In this document: positions 1-20,019 of the stretch, piece by piece
Layout of the letters: the number at the start of each line of letters is the position of its first letter
How positions within the stretch are numbered: the stretch's first letter is position 1
Assembly (NCBI GenBank): GCA_963693365.1
Contig: CAVNZM010000016.1
Span: forward strand, 6,989,029-7,053,028
Reading direction: 5' to 3'
Source of the DNA: Amoebidium appalachense
Taxonomy: Eukaryota > Protista > Ichthyosporea
Length of the DNA stretch: 64,000 nucleotides
Position numbers and translations under genes: made by a program
Notes under the pieces: model-generated
The model's input: only the letters and a program-made list of their open reading frames with translations
What the model was told of the DNA's origin: nothing
Database searches by the model: none

Positions 1-426
1 GTCGTTGTTGATATCGCACACCCCGTTGAGGCCGGGCCGGGGAGAACACTTTCCCGTCTTGCCGTCCTTGCCCGCTTGGCAAATAGCGTCCGACTTGCAC
101 CTTTGGTTGTAGTCGTATCCCCCGACCACGCACGCACCCCCAAGCGGCACCTTCAGCTTTTCAGCCTCCGCCTCTTGGATGTCTTCCTCGAGCACACACT
201 TGCCTTTGAAGCACCTACTCTCCTCCATGCACGCATACGAAGTCGTGCATGCCTCCCCGTCTTTCTTCACTGCGGCGCATTTCTTCGTTTTGATGTCACA
301 CCACAGCCCACGCTCGCCTCCGCATCCACCGTTTGCGCTACAAGCAGTTCCGACGACAAATGTCTGGGTGGGTTTGGCCAGCGCAAGGTTGGCAAACGCG
401 AGAGCGACGACGGCAGAAACAATCAT
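1..426 (-). CDS. Secreted cysteine-rich repeat protein (EB/Dickkopf-like Cys modules), N-terminal part; runs off the window start
   Basis: Not in the ORF track because no stop lies in the window. Hand translation from ATG at 426 is open for 142 codons: MIVSAVVALAFANLALA-KPTQTFVVGTACSANGGCGGERGLWCDIKTKKCAAVKKDGEACTTSYACMEESRCFKGKC...GGACVVGGYDYNQRCKSDAICQAGKDGKTGKCSPRPGLNGVCDINND. Signal peptide followed by repeated G-x-x-C-x5-C-x4/7-C-x4/6-C modules. Confidence 0.8.
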   Translation of the reverse strand, partial: MIVSAVVALAFANLALAKPTQTFVVGTACSANGGCGGERGLWCDIKTKKCAAVKKDGEACTTSYACMEESRCFKGKCVLEEDIQEAEAEKLKVPLGGACVVGGYDYNQRCKSDAICQAGKDGKTGKCSPRPGLNGVCDINND

Positions 427-1087
427 TCTCGTACACCGACACATTTGCTACTGTGCGTGTGTCGATGAATAATGAAGTGGGCTGTTGGGCTTTGTAAAGG
501 CGATCAAATTGTATGGTTATTTGGGACAAATAAGTCCATGCGTTTGATTGGTTGAAAGCCTGAGAAACGGCTCTCCATGTATCATATAATATGCACCAAT
601 ACAGGTATAAGAAATTGATCTGTTTAGGCAGAAATATATATAAAAACACTCTTTCTAGGTAAATGTGCTCTATACGTTTTATAGCTGGATTAAATACATA
701 CACACAAAGCCGGCCACCGGCAGCTTTAAAGTTTCACGATATCCACTGTCATTCAATGAAAAGAGCAGAGCTGAGAGCTGTTCGACATCGTTGATCGGAT
801 AGGCTGAAGGTCCATTGCTGCTTCAATAAATGCGAATAAATTTTGGCCCCTGGCTTGCGGCCATGGGCCAGAATAACCACTTTTTTATGCGGCCTTAGAC
901 ATTAGATAATACAAACAAAAGCCGAAAATTTTGCATATTCAGAAACACAAAATGTGCGGTTTCCATTCCCCCGCCCGCCCTCCCCAACTACATAATCGCA
1001 GAGGGCGGGCCGGGCCTGTGTTGCGTAACTGCCAGTACTGTTCGACCAAGGCCTTCTGCGTGTCGGACTCGCCCCGATAAATTCCAC

Positions 1088-3820
<2,733 letters not shown>

Positions 3821-6301
3821 AAAAAACTTTCATGCCGAGTATGGCGGGATCCGGAAGGCTGGGCCTGTCCGGATCTCGGACACGTGACAGCGCCTGTGGC
3901 ACTGACACCGTGTAACTAAAGTAAGGGCCGTGACGAGTAGTAGGCCTATGCACTTTCTCGGGACCTTCTCAAGGAGTAGTGTTCATTGAAAGGCGGAAGT
4001 GCAGGAACGGAGATTTTAACTCACGAGAGCAAAGTTCTATTACATCTCTGATTCATTTCTAACGGGTCTGGAGCTTCAGTCACCAGCAGTCACCAAGTTT
4101 TACCCATGATAACTGTAAGTCTGACATCTGACAAATGCCCGTGTCCAAGTCCCAGCCGTGCATTACACAGACTTACACATGCACACATACCTATACCGGC
4201 CCTCTGCCGGCCCCTCACCCCCATCCATCATGATGGCGCCCTCATCGATTCAGGCGCTACAGTAACTTGAAGGGCCTCAGACATTAATGATTAGGCTGCT
4301 CTCGAGAGGGGGGGGGGGGGGGGGAGATCGGGAGAGAGTTAGGAGACTCAAAGATCTGAGGGGCGCCGGGGGCGGGAGGGGGCAGAGGCCGGGGGAGAGA
4401 GAGAGTCGGACACGCAGTTACTGTGACACATGTACACGCACATGTTGAAAACGCCATCGGCGACACACGCGCACCATATGCTATGAAGTAGTACCGTCTA
4501 GATCTTTTCGTGCCCTGCCTCACCACGGTCTTAAGTATCGTCGTGTTGCATTCACACACGAAACAATACATCAAGCCCCTATAGGGCGTATTATTATCCT
4601 ACCCCCCTCCCCCCTCCCCACAAGGCTTCCCTCCAGACTCCCCTCCCCCTCAACCCCTAGCGGTGCGCACGGAAAGGGGGGGGGAGGGGGGGGATGGAAG
4701 CCTGCGGAGTACTCTGGGCACGGGGGAGGGGGGAGGTAACATGAAATCTTTCTCACAGCCCCTTGGCCCTCCCCCTCCCCCCCCCCCTCCGCCCCCTCCC
4801 CCCCCTCCTCATTTCATATAGTCTTGACACGATAACTACTATGATGTATGTATGCATGCATGGAAACTTAAAGTTTATCCTTAAAGTTTGTCTGACTCTG
4901 AGATTGAGTGTCCATCATCGCAAGGATAGGCTGAAGTTGCCCTCCCTCCCCCCTCCCCCCTCCCCCCTCCCACCCCCTCCCCGGGTCCCCCCCTCCCTTC
5001 CTAAGGTTCAAATTCCGAAAGGGTTCAGATCCGCATGGTTGTTTGTGCAGCCCCATCATACGTCTTGTGCACGATTTACTGTAATATAGGGGGGTTAACT
5101 TTGGTGAACGCGATTGGTTCATAGCATAAAACGCTTCACACTATATCTCTGGAGATGGCGCTCCACTTATTAGCTAGAAGGGCGGCAGCGTAAGCTAGCT
5201 ATCCTCTATCTACCGTGTCACTAAACTAAGGCACATGGGGTTGGCACCCAGACTATTAATAAAGTCTTCACACTATTGAGGCGTCACTCAAACCCTTATT
5301 ATCCCGCGCTGTCTCGTGTCTGCAGCAATACACAAGTACGACAGCTAGTGACTGCAACCTAACACTAACGTAGCTAAGGTGATCAAGCTTATCCACAAAG
5401 GTGCTGAATGCTGCAAGTGTGTGTGACGGCACACACACACTGACCATCACAAGTGTCGGGGGTGACCTACAAATGACGGCACACTCGTATTTAATAACTG
5501 TCGAGCCCAGAGCTACTGTCCAGACAGTAGCTGCTTATATACGAAGGCAAGTACACTTGTACTCTCTTTTGTGGTCCTGGTGCTCTGGGGAACTTCACCA
5601 GAATCTAAACAGATCCAGCCTCATCCGGGATCTAGGTGGTGCGTAGCTAGCCAATCGGAGCTAACAACGGTGCGGGCCCTACAGTGGCCATAATCGGAGC
5701 CCGGATAGCCGGACGCAATCTGATCGGATAGCCAAGTGACTTTGTAAGAAACACACGTATTTACACAGATCTCTCTAACAAAGACCAAAAACACCTAAAA
5801 TAGAATTAAGGAGTGAGTGAGATATCAGTACACAGATTATTTATTCTGACATAGTACATGATGTTCAACTAGTCTGTGACAGTGTTGCATCCGTTCAATT
5901 TGTGCCGTTTTCAAGGTTGCACTTATTTGGCTGGAGCCTCGGCTAAGTTCAGTGTTCTGAGTAATGAAACAGCTAATCTGGATATCAAAGGTGCTGCTTA
6001 GTGATGGGTTGAGGTTCATTTCAAGTTGCTCTGGTTACGTAATAGGGGAAAGCACGGGTGGTGCGGGGGGGATGGGGGGGGGGGGAGGGGGGAGGGGGGG
6101 GGGGAGAGGGGGCGGGGGGAGGGTAAATCATTATGGCTGAGGGCTAAATTATGGTGTGTTTGTGTACTGCACGGTTGGGGGGGGGGGGGGGGGGGGGGGG
6201 GGTAACGTAGTGTGTGTGTGTGTGTGTGACTGTGTCAGAGTGTGTGTATGCCACATCTCTCTCTCTATCTCTCTGTGTGTGTGTGTGTGTGTGTGCGTGT
6301 G

Positions 6302-6345
<44 letters not shown>

Positions 6346-6407
6346 TGTGTGTAGCTTTGTGTATGTGTGTGTGTGTGTGTGTGTCAGTGTGTTTGTGTGT
6401 GAAACTG

Positions 6408-6487
<80 letters not shown>

Positions 6488-6553
6488 CGCGCACGCGCGT
6501 GTGTGTGTGTGTGTGTGTGTGTCACGCTGTGTATGCGTGTGTGGCAATTTTGT

Positions 6554-6658
<105 letters not shown>

Positions 6659-6686
6659 GTGTCACGGTGTGTGTGTGTGTGTCACA

Positions 6687-6751
<65 letters not shown>

Positions 6752-6770
6752 TGTGTAACTGTTTGTCCGT

Positions 6771-6801
<31 letters not shown>

Positions 6802-7233
6802 GGGGGGGGGGGCTGGCGGGGAGGAGGGCCTGGGGGGGAGGGCGGAGGGGGGGGGGGGGGGGGGGGATCGAAGGTCCCGGAGCATCAGGGGGGGTTCAAC
6901 TCTGCAAAGGCTTCAAGGGTAATCCCCACGTTACTTTAGTTGCGGCATACATGCCCGGTATTAACACGGTGTGACGTGGCCTGCGCTCCACAACCATTGG
7001 CTATGGAAGGCCAATCAGAATAAGGGTAGAGCGTGAAGGCCGTGTGATAACGGCCACCGGGCAATGAACATATTCATATGTGCATATGGTGTGTGTGTGT
7101 GTGTGCATATATATATATGATATATAAGTATATAGTATATATATCATATGATATACTATCGGATATCATGAGTATATCATCAGCTGATATATCATATATA
7201 TCATATATATATATATATATATATATGATAGTG

Positions 7234-7268
<35 letters not shown>

Positions 7269-7271
7269 TTA

Positions 7272-7730
7272 GGACCCAACCAGATCGGCAGAGTCAACTT
7301 GCAAAAAGCAGAATTATCTGCAAAAGTGGAATTACTCTGCAAAAAACAGAATTGTTCTGCAAAAAGCAGAATTAATTATTCTGCAAAAGGAGAATCACTC
7401 TGCTTTTTTAAGAATTATTGCATACAAATGCAGAATCACTCTGCTTTAGCAGAATCACAGAATCACTCTGCGTCAGCAGATTTATTCTGCTTTAAGCAGA
7501 ATTACTCTGCCTTTAGCAGATTTATTCCGCAAAATGCAGAATCATACTGCTTTCGACAGCAGAATAATTCTGCTTTTAGCAGAATAATTCTTCTTTTAGC
7601 AGAATGATTCTGCTTTTAGCAGATTGATTCTGCTTTTAGCAGATCGGATTCTGCTTTTAGGAGAATGATTCTGCTTTTTGCAGAATTATTCTGCTCGGAG
7701 CAAGTTGACTCAGCTGGTGTGGTTGGGCCC
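7272..7730. mobile_element. PIF/Harbinger-type (Tourist-like) MITE
   Basis: 31-bp TIRs: GGACCCAACCAGATCGGCAGAGTCAACTTGC on the left, GGGCCCAACCACACCAGCTGAGTCAACTTGC as reverse complement on the right. TTA is duplicated at 7269-7271 and 7731-7733. The interior is an array of palindromic GCAGAAT/ATTCTGC units. Confidence 0.85.
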
Positions 7731-7744
7731 TTATATGTATACTA

Positions 7745-8850
<1,106 letters not shown>

Positions 8851-9628
8851 AGGTATATCCGATGATATACTCATATCATTGTCATAGTATATAGATAAAC
8901 ACATATATGTATACTATTAGGCTATATACCATATATACTAATATATATAGATACACACACATATATATATCCCCCCCCCCCCCCCCCCCCCCCTCCCAAC
9001 CTCTCCTCTCTCCCTCTCCCCCTCTACGAGTTCGCTGCACCCTACAGCCTTCCCGCCTTTCACTATCAGTAAGTGTTTTTTATATATTTCATTATTTTCT
9101 TGCGGTTCACCTCGACAGTGTGCGTGTCTGTCTGGAACCTGCATGCTGCTGAGAGTGCGTGCACGCGTGATTACTAATATTAGAGGAGTGTACACCTGCT
9201 TCAGATGACACTGTGTGTGTGCGTAGGATACGTATGCGTCACGTGTGTGTGCACGTATGTACATTCGGAGCAGGTATGTGTGGGTGGTCCTACATATGCT
9301 TGTGTTAACTCATGTGTGGCCCGTGCCATGTGGGACCCGTGTCTAATGTGGGTGGAAATGCTGGATGCTGGGCATATTTATCTCTACTTTTTTTTTTCTT
9401 TCTTTCTTTCCTTTAAAGTTATTTTTTTCCTTTTTTTTTCTTGATTTTATCACATGGTGGGTTCCGGATCCTGTAATCCTTGATCCTTCAAATTTGGAAG
9501 GAGCTCTTTCAACAAACATAAAATCCAAAACGTTTTGTCATTAGAAATACACATCGCGTGCTATGCATGCCCTTTAATTCTCAGTGACCCCCCCCCCCCC
9601 CCCTCTCCGCCAGCAACCCCCTCCCAGA

Positions 9629-9662
<34 letters not shown>

Positions 9663-9860
9663 CCCGCCGGCCCTCCAACCTTCCCCTACGGTACACAGGC
9701 ATACACGTACACAGGCACGAACCCCCACACGCACACACGTGCGCATATCGCGCAGGCAGGCCGCATAATATTAGCACACGCATCACACGTTTGTGGCAGT
9801 TACGCATGCTTGTACGTCTGCCCCACGTAACTATCCATATGCATAGTCAACAGTGATTCA

Positions 9861-11547
<1,687 letters not shown>

Positions 11548-11849
11548 TAGCAATCCCGGGCCTGGCTTCGTCCCGGATCCCGGCCATATGACACGGGAAA
11601 AAGTCAAAAATATTATTAATCACACCTCATCGGGGTTCATGCAATAATTTGTAACCCTGTCTATACAGCCGGCTTTTTCAGTTCTATTGGTGGTTATGTA
11701 GCCTGTGGCTGCACGTTGCCTTCATCAACGGATCAATAAACCCGAGTCAAAAGAAAAAACAAAATTCCGGCAAAGGTTCCGACGACGTGGTTGTTGTGCA
11801 CAATTCACAGCACTCTGGGGAGATTTAAATTTAAAGGGTGCTTGTGATT

Positions 11850-12950
<1,101 letters not shown>

Positions 12951-13502
12951 GTCTTCCGCTGCCTGTGGCTAATTTAATCTCCTGGTCTATTACTAACGGA
13001 TGAGGTAGGAGTCACCGACAAAGAAGTCAGATTCGACTATAGTACAAAATTGCCTGCATATCGCTTACCATCATGCTTCTCGAGCGGGCTAAACATATTG
13101 TACACTTTATGATAGGTGAGACTAGGCCATGAAAACATTGATGTTAGCAGTACTAGATTCTAGGGCGATAAAGCTCAAGGGGAAGAGGTGGGGGGGGGGG
13201 GGAGGGGGGGGGGGGGGGGGGGATGTTGAATCTTGCATGTGTGTAGTGTGTTCCTCTGGAATACCGTCTAATTTCACTACACACACTGAACACACAAATA
13301 TCCATTAACTACTCTACAGCATTACTAAGGTCTTATGTAAACGACAAGGAAAACAACAGAGCATACCCGGTGCCTACCAACATTACCCATAATTCACCAT
13401 CCGATAACACATATTACAACCTGGTATGCTAATTAAGCACGATACAGCAACCGCGCCGAGGACCAATCAAAATGCCCGCTGTACACGTGCCATAACAGGT
13501 GA

Positions 13503-13749
13503 TCAGATCCAGGGCCAGTAGGGGATCTGGGCCGGGTCGAGGGCATAAGCCGGGCCAGGGATAGTCCCCAGAGCCTCTTGCTGCTTTGCCCTGGCCCGAA
13601 TCTGAAGACTGAGTGCCTGCATCTCCTGCTGATATCTGGCCAATCAGAGAGCACGTGGGTTAGTCACCAGTCAAAACTAACAAACGAGGCGGGTAGCTTC
13701 GAACCCAGTACGTCTTTTTTTATTCCCCCCCATCCCCCCCCCCTCCCCC

Positions 13750-13780
<31 letters not shown>

Positions 13781-14844
13781 AAGAAAAAAAAAAGAAAAAG
13801 AAAAAGCAATAAGGAAAAAGTCTGCCTCCTAACCCCCCCCCACCCCCCCCCTGCCCCCATTCCTCCCCACACATACACCCCGCCCCATACACACAAACAC
13901 ACACACACGCACACACACGCACACACACACACACACAGGCACACAAACACAGGCACAGGCACAGGCACAGGCACACACGCATGCACGCACACATGCGCGC
14001 GCGCACACACGCACACACACAAAGAGAGAGAGACACGCACACACACAGAGAGAGAGAGAGAACAGACACTCGCGCGGACGCGCGCCATGTCACCCAGTGT
14101 CCGCACCAAACCGCCTTACCAGTCCCATCTGGTGAAGTGAAATTTATTTGGAGACAAAATGGCAAAACTTTTGGTATTTTTTTCTTCTTCTCTCTTTTTA
14201 TTTTTATTATTATTATTATTATTATTGTTATTATTTTGGGGGAGGGAGGGAGGGGGGGCTTTAACCTTTTCACAGCCATTGCACCGTTTGGACCCACAGG
14301 CACATCCTGAAATGCAAATAGAACACTGCGATCCGGCCGAAGATTGCGATTGAGATTTCGCACGATCGCAAGTTTGTAGATCAGCTCCTCGGCACTGGGG
14401 AAGCCTTCCATGAGCTTCTGCATGCTTGTTACATTCTTTGCAGAGGGGGGCGGAGAATAAAGAAGATTCAGGAATGCACCAGGGTGTGCCATGTAGTCGT
14501 ATCCTAAAAACCCGCCGACATCTGCAGAATGGTGCACGGAATTTCGCCAAATGAAACGTGCAACGACGCGATTTAATTGGCTGCGAGTCACGATGGACGA
14601 TGGGAAGCCCTTCACTCGTCCTTGCTGGGGATTGGCTACTTCGGATGCCCACGCTTGAATCTGATTGGAGGGGGGTTAGTGGTGTTTCTCATGCAAAACA
14701 GATCATGAGCTTGACGGTTACGAAAGAGGAGGAGGGAAGTAGGTGGAAGCCTGTGTGTTGGTGGCTGGATAATTTTCATGTTTTCATATCTGTGTGATGT
14801 GCTGGTGCGTGCGTGTATATCTGGGGCTGGTGTATGTAGTGTGA

Positions 14845-14920
<76 letters not shown>

Positions 14921-14940
14921 TGGTGCTCTAGTGTGTGTGA

Positions 14941-15021
<81 letters not shown>

Positions 15022-15025
15022 TGCT

Positions 15026-15059
<34 letters not shown>

Positions 15060-15746
15060 TGGTGCTCTAGTGTGTGTGTGTGTGTGTATGGGGGAGGGGG
15101 AGGGGATTCTATGGGATGTGGTGGGGAAGAAAGACAGCAACAAGCCCACCGTCAAGGAGGAACAAGAGGGGGAAAAGGGCGGGCGGGCAGGCGGGCGGGG
15201 GGAGGGGGGGGGGGGGGAGGGGGGGGGATTGTTCGGTTTACCTCATAGTCGTTAGCCACATCTGCATCCGTCGGATAGTACAGGCCCAGGTATCTGGTCA
15301 CAAACCTCTCAATAGAACCGAACAGGGCCAAACTATCGTCCATAAAATGGTGGTTGGGTAATTGTTTTACGTTGCGAATTTCAAAGTCTTTGTGGGGGTC
15401 CATTGATTGGTAGTCGAAGAGGGAGTATTCACGTGCAAGGACGCGTTGCAGCCCTATTGCTCCAATGCCCAGACCCTGTGTGTGTGTGTGTTGGGGGGAA
15501 GGTTGTGTGGGTGTGTGTGTTGGGGGGAAGGTTGTGTGTGTGTGCTGGAATGGCGGAGAGTCGGGGGGGGGGGGGGGGGGGGAGGAGGGAGTGAGAGGGA
15601 GGGAACGGGTGGGAGGGGGGAGGGGGGGGGGGGGGGGGGGGGGGGGCGCGCTATTTTGCAGCAGGGGAAGGGGGGCCGGGAGGGGGTGAATGGGGTAATG
15701 GGGCAAGTCGGGAGGAATGATTATGTGATGGATAAAAGGGTGTTTT

Positions 15747-15777
<31 letters not shown>

Positions 15778-16069
15778 GGGGGATGTGTGTGTGTGTGGGG
15801 GGGGGGGGGGGGGGAGGCATTGGTGGAATGGTGAGTAGGGTGACAAAGGAGGTGGTGAAGACCCCCTTGAATGAATGGAATGACTAATTGAGTGACGAAA
15901 CCCCTTCCTAGAACACAGACACACAACACTCCCACCTAAATGCCAAACCCACTCCCACACCTAAAACACATGCACATTACCCCCCTCCCCCCGCCCCCAC
16001 TAAAAAAAAAAAAAAAAAAAAAGGGAAAAAAGGCAATCATACAGTAACCCCCCCCCCCCCCCCCCCCCC

Positions 16070-16101
<32 letters not shown>

Positions 16102-16824
16102 AAAAAAAAAAAAGGAAGGAAGAAAAGAAAAGAAAAACCCCTACTTTTCAAAACACGTTTACACACAAGCCCCCACCTAAACACATTCACCCATTAGAAA
16201 GCACAAATTAACACACAATATAGCACACAATTACACAATAAACCCCCACTTTCCCGCTTTCAAACACAATTTCACAACAACCCCCACCTAAACACAATTA
16301 CCCAATCGAAACCTCAAATTAACCCATAATTTCACAATAACACCCACTTCAGAACACAATTTCACCACAAACCCCCACCTGATCAAGTGCCGATGGCTGC
16401 AAGTTGTTTGGGGTCAGGAATGCATCCTTCACAAACTCGGCAATGCCAAAGCCTAGCAGGGCACTGTGGGCCAATAGGATGTGCACGGGGTGCTGCTCAC
16501 TGAGCTGCCGCCGTGCTGCTGTGATCTGATTGGGGCAGGGTCATGTCAAGATATGGATGGTGTGTGGGTCTAAATGACGATATTATTGGATACGATCGTG
16601 TTGTAACGGGTTAGAAAACTATCGATTAGTTTACTATATTCTGGAACCAGCAACTTGCATACAATATTCAGTATGAGACGGTTAGCCCCGGTCGCCGGCA
16701 TTGGAATCTGGCGCAATCCATTAAAAATGTGATTGGCAAGGGTCTTTCAGTTGGCACATACACGAACACAAACACACACGCACGCACACACGCACGCATG
16801 CGCGTGCGCGCGCGCACACACGCA

Positions 16825-16856
<32 letters not shown>

Positions 16857-16939
16857 CACGCGCGCACGCACGCACGCACGCACGCACACACGCACACACG
16901 CACACACACACAGACACACGCACACGCACACGCACACGC

Positions 16940-16995
<56 letters not shown>

Positions 16996-17301
16996 GTGGC
17001 TCCAGCAGCATGTGATTGATCAACACATGTCTCGCATTGACCACCGACTTGATCGTATTCTGAAAATAGATCTTTGCGGCCAACCAATCAACTTCCGTAT
17101 CCTTGGGTGTGAACACCAATCGGCTGCTTCTACCGAGCCAAATAGCCAATGGCATGAGGCGATTAGGGTGCGTTATAAATAGCGCCACCACACCCACGGT
17201 GTATTTTGTGGTGCGTGCTCGGCCGGTCAGGAGGGGGGCAGTGGCGTTGTGGGTGCCTAATTGGTCGGCCCATGAGAGATCGATAGTGTAGATGAGACCC
17301 T

Positions 17302-17332
<31 letters not shown>

Positions 17333-17551
17333 GGGGGGGGGGGAGGGGGGATGGAAGGGGGGAATGGGGGGGGGGGGGGGGGGGGGATGGGGTGAGTGTG
17401 TGGGTGGGTTGGGAGGGGGGGTGGAGGAGGGGGTGAGTGGGGGGAGGGGGGGGGGGAGGGGGGAAAGGGGGTGGTGGTGGTGGTGGGGTGGAGAGGAATG
17501 GTTGGGGGGATGGGTGAGTCGGGTGTGTGTCGGGTGTATGTATGTGCGTGT

Positions 17552-17582
<31 letters not shown>

Positions 17583-17890
17583 CTTGTGTGTGTGTGCGTG
17601 AGTGTGTGTGTGTGTGTGTGTGTGTGCTGATGTGTGTGCGTGCTTGTGTGTGCATGCTTGTGTGTGTGTGTGTGTGTGTCTCTCTGTGTGCGTGTGTGTG
17701 TGTGTGTTTGTGTGTGTAGAGATAAGCAGTCTGCATGTCGTGGCAGAAGGACTAGCAAGATTGCGAAAAAGAAGTAACCTTAGGCAGATGATATACCGTG
17801 GCCAAAACATACTTAGGGACAGAGGGGAGACTTGAATTTCTTGTCCGGGTGAAGGCACACAACAAGAGTATCTGGGTGTGTTTTTTTTGT

Positions 17891-17927
<37 letters not shown>

Positions 17928-18924
17928 GGGGGTAGGAGGTGGGGGGGAGATAGAGGGTGTCGAGTCGTACAGCAGAAAGAAGGTTTAGGTGGAAGGGGGG
18001 GGGGGGGGGGGGGGGGTGAGAGGGTAGCACTAAAAGCCACAATTTGTTTTCTTGGAGGGGCAGAGAGGGGGGGGGGGGACGGGGGGGAGGGGGTTAGAGG
18101 AAACACATGCTCGCTTGCCAAAACACTTTTCAACACCAGACCCTTTTTCCGCAGAGCTCCTTAACCATCCCTATTTGTTGCCCACACATAGTCTTTGCTT
18201 GGTCACAGCCTCAAAAACTCACGTCCGTTGGTCACCTATAGGGCACTTTGCTGTTGTCCTACGCAAAGTATATTCGATGGATATATATAATGCACTGTAG
18301 ATATCTATACTGTCACAATGTTGATATATACACTCCATAGGTATTGTAAACATATCCACTGTATGTCCAATATATATAAATTCACTGTCTATCCACTATA
18401 TAAATGTCCGCTGTATACCCAGTCTATATCCACTTTATAATCACTCATTCTTATTCTGTTTACACCCAAAGTATACTCTAAGTACATAAATTCACTGTAA
18501 ATCCACGGCATCACGAGACAAAAGCACACGACGGAACAATACACTGGTAAAACGCGCACAGGTACCCTCGAGGGGGAGGGGCGGGTGAAGGGGGGGTTCG
18601 TTTTGAAAATTCCTACGAACCCACCTTATCCATGGCATCTTGCACCGACACCACACCAGCTGGCAGCAAATCACTCAGTTCAGACCCCCCCAACCCCACC
18701 CCAAATTGCGCAGGTAGAGACTTGCACCGCTTGATGTATGCCCCAGAGATGGTGGTGGCCTCATAGGCAAAGGTGATGTCGTTGGTCACCGCAAGCGTGC
18801 CCTAAGTGCGAGGATGCAGTTTTCGTGAAAAAGTGGGTTTGATGATGGAACTAAGGGTTTGGTCTGTTTCCAGGTGTTTGCGTGTCTGGTGTCAGCGTGC
18901 AGGTGTGCGGGTGGGGTATGGGAG

Positions 18925-18960
<36 letters not shown>

Positions 18961-19305
18961 CGGACGGGAGGTGGGGAGGGGGGGGGGGGGGGGAGGCATC
19001 CCGGGTCTCACGTGCCCCTTTACCACCCTGAGACAAAACATTGCAGCATTTAAACAGGCGGTAGAAGGGATGAGTGGCACCAAAACCTGTAAACAGCCGA
19101 CGCTAACACAGCTCACAGAAGCACGTTGTGCAACAAGCATACAGATTCATGCTTGCATGGTTACACCCAAAGAAAGGGAGAATTGCGCCATTGCAGCGTC
19201 ACACAAGCACATATATGAAAGCACAAACAAAAGCACACAATAACAACCTCGTTTTTGATGGGGCCAACCCAAACAAGGCCAAGGGGAAGAAGAGAAGAGG
19301 GGGCG

Positions 19306-19367
<62 letters not shown>

Positions 19368-20019
19368 AAGAGGAAGAGGGGAGGGAGAAACTCGGTGTTA
19401 GTGTGTGCGAGTGTGCGTGTGTGTTTGCGTTGGGGAAGGGGGGGGAGAAGGGGGGGGGGGGGGGGGGGGGGGCACTGTACAGTACCTGCTTGGGCATTGG
19501 AAACCCATACTGGAACAGTTGGTCATAGTCACTCAGCGTCATAAACGGTTTCATAGTAGGTAGTGCCTGCATGGTGGCCTGCACTACTGGTTGCACATAT
19601 GCTATCTGATGGATCATTAAGGCCTCAACATTAAATCTCTGTTGCTCCAACTGGCGTGATGCCATACCAAATGGCCCACCCATGGTGCCAAAGATGGTAA
19701 CATTGGTCGTTGGGTTGTCGAATGATGCCACTGTGCGCACATCCCATTGAATGACTTGTTGGTTGAGTGCTAAAGGGGTTGCACGCAATGTTTTCGCTTG
19801 AGCGTCTGCAGATGTTGTGGATGGAACTGAAAGGAAATCGGGAGGGTCGAACGGGGATTGGCGCATGCACGTGTTGTATGCAACGTCGCAGCGTGGGCGG
19901 TATTCTAGCTGCTTCTGCCAGATTCTGTTTGCGTAAAATGGGCCATTGATGGGTGCGTAGTCTGCAGCACATAAAGCGCTACTTGCCGCCAGCACGGCAC
20001 TGGTTGTAGATGGACGCAT
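13503..20019 (-). CDS. Lipoxygenase, ~641 aa, probably secreted, no recognisable PLAT domain
   Basis: Exons 20019-19486, 18801-18625, 17299-16994, 16525-16379, 15475-15242, 14660-14266, 13635-13503; all GT-AG and phase-consistent (1926 nt). Motifs: [87 protein letters not shown]-terminal [12 protein letters not shown]-stop. The start is uncertain: a branch point and AG near 20002-20045 suggest a possible upstream exon. Confidence 0.92.
15930..16380 (-). repeat. Degenerate tandem repeats of the lipoxygenase exon-4 donor region
   Basis: The real donor CAG|GTGGGGGTTTGTGGTGAAATTGTGTT at 16379 is echoed by TAGGTGGGGGTTGTTGTGAAATTGTGTT (about 16289), TAGGTGGGGGCTTGTG (about 16178), and TAGGTGTGGGAG / TAGGTGGGAG (about 15961, 15937). 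Confidence 0.65.

Noticed and set aside
76-472. Plus-strand ORFs of 130 and 97 aa
   Set aside because: Antisense to the signal-peptide Cys-rich gene, which is far more protein-like.
5090-5760. Possible decayed retroelement coding sequence
   Set aside because: No motif recovered in the frames examined.
17778-17872. Possible extra lipoxygenase exon ([13 protein letters not shown])
   Set aside because: The flanking exons already join as [16 protein letters not shown], matching the family consensus without it.
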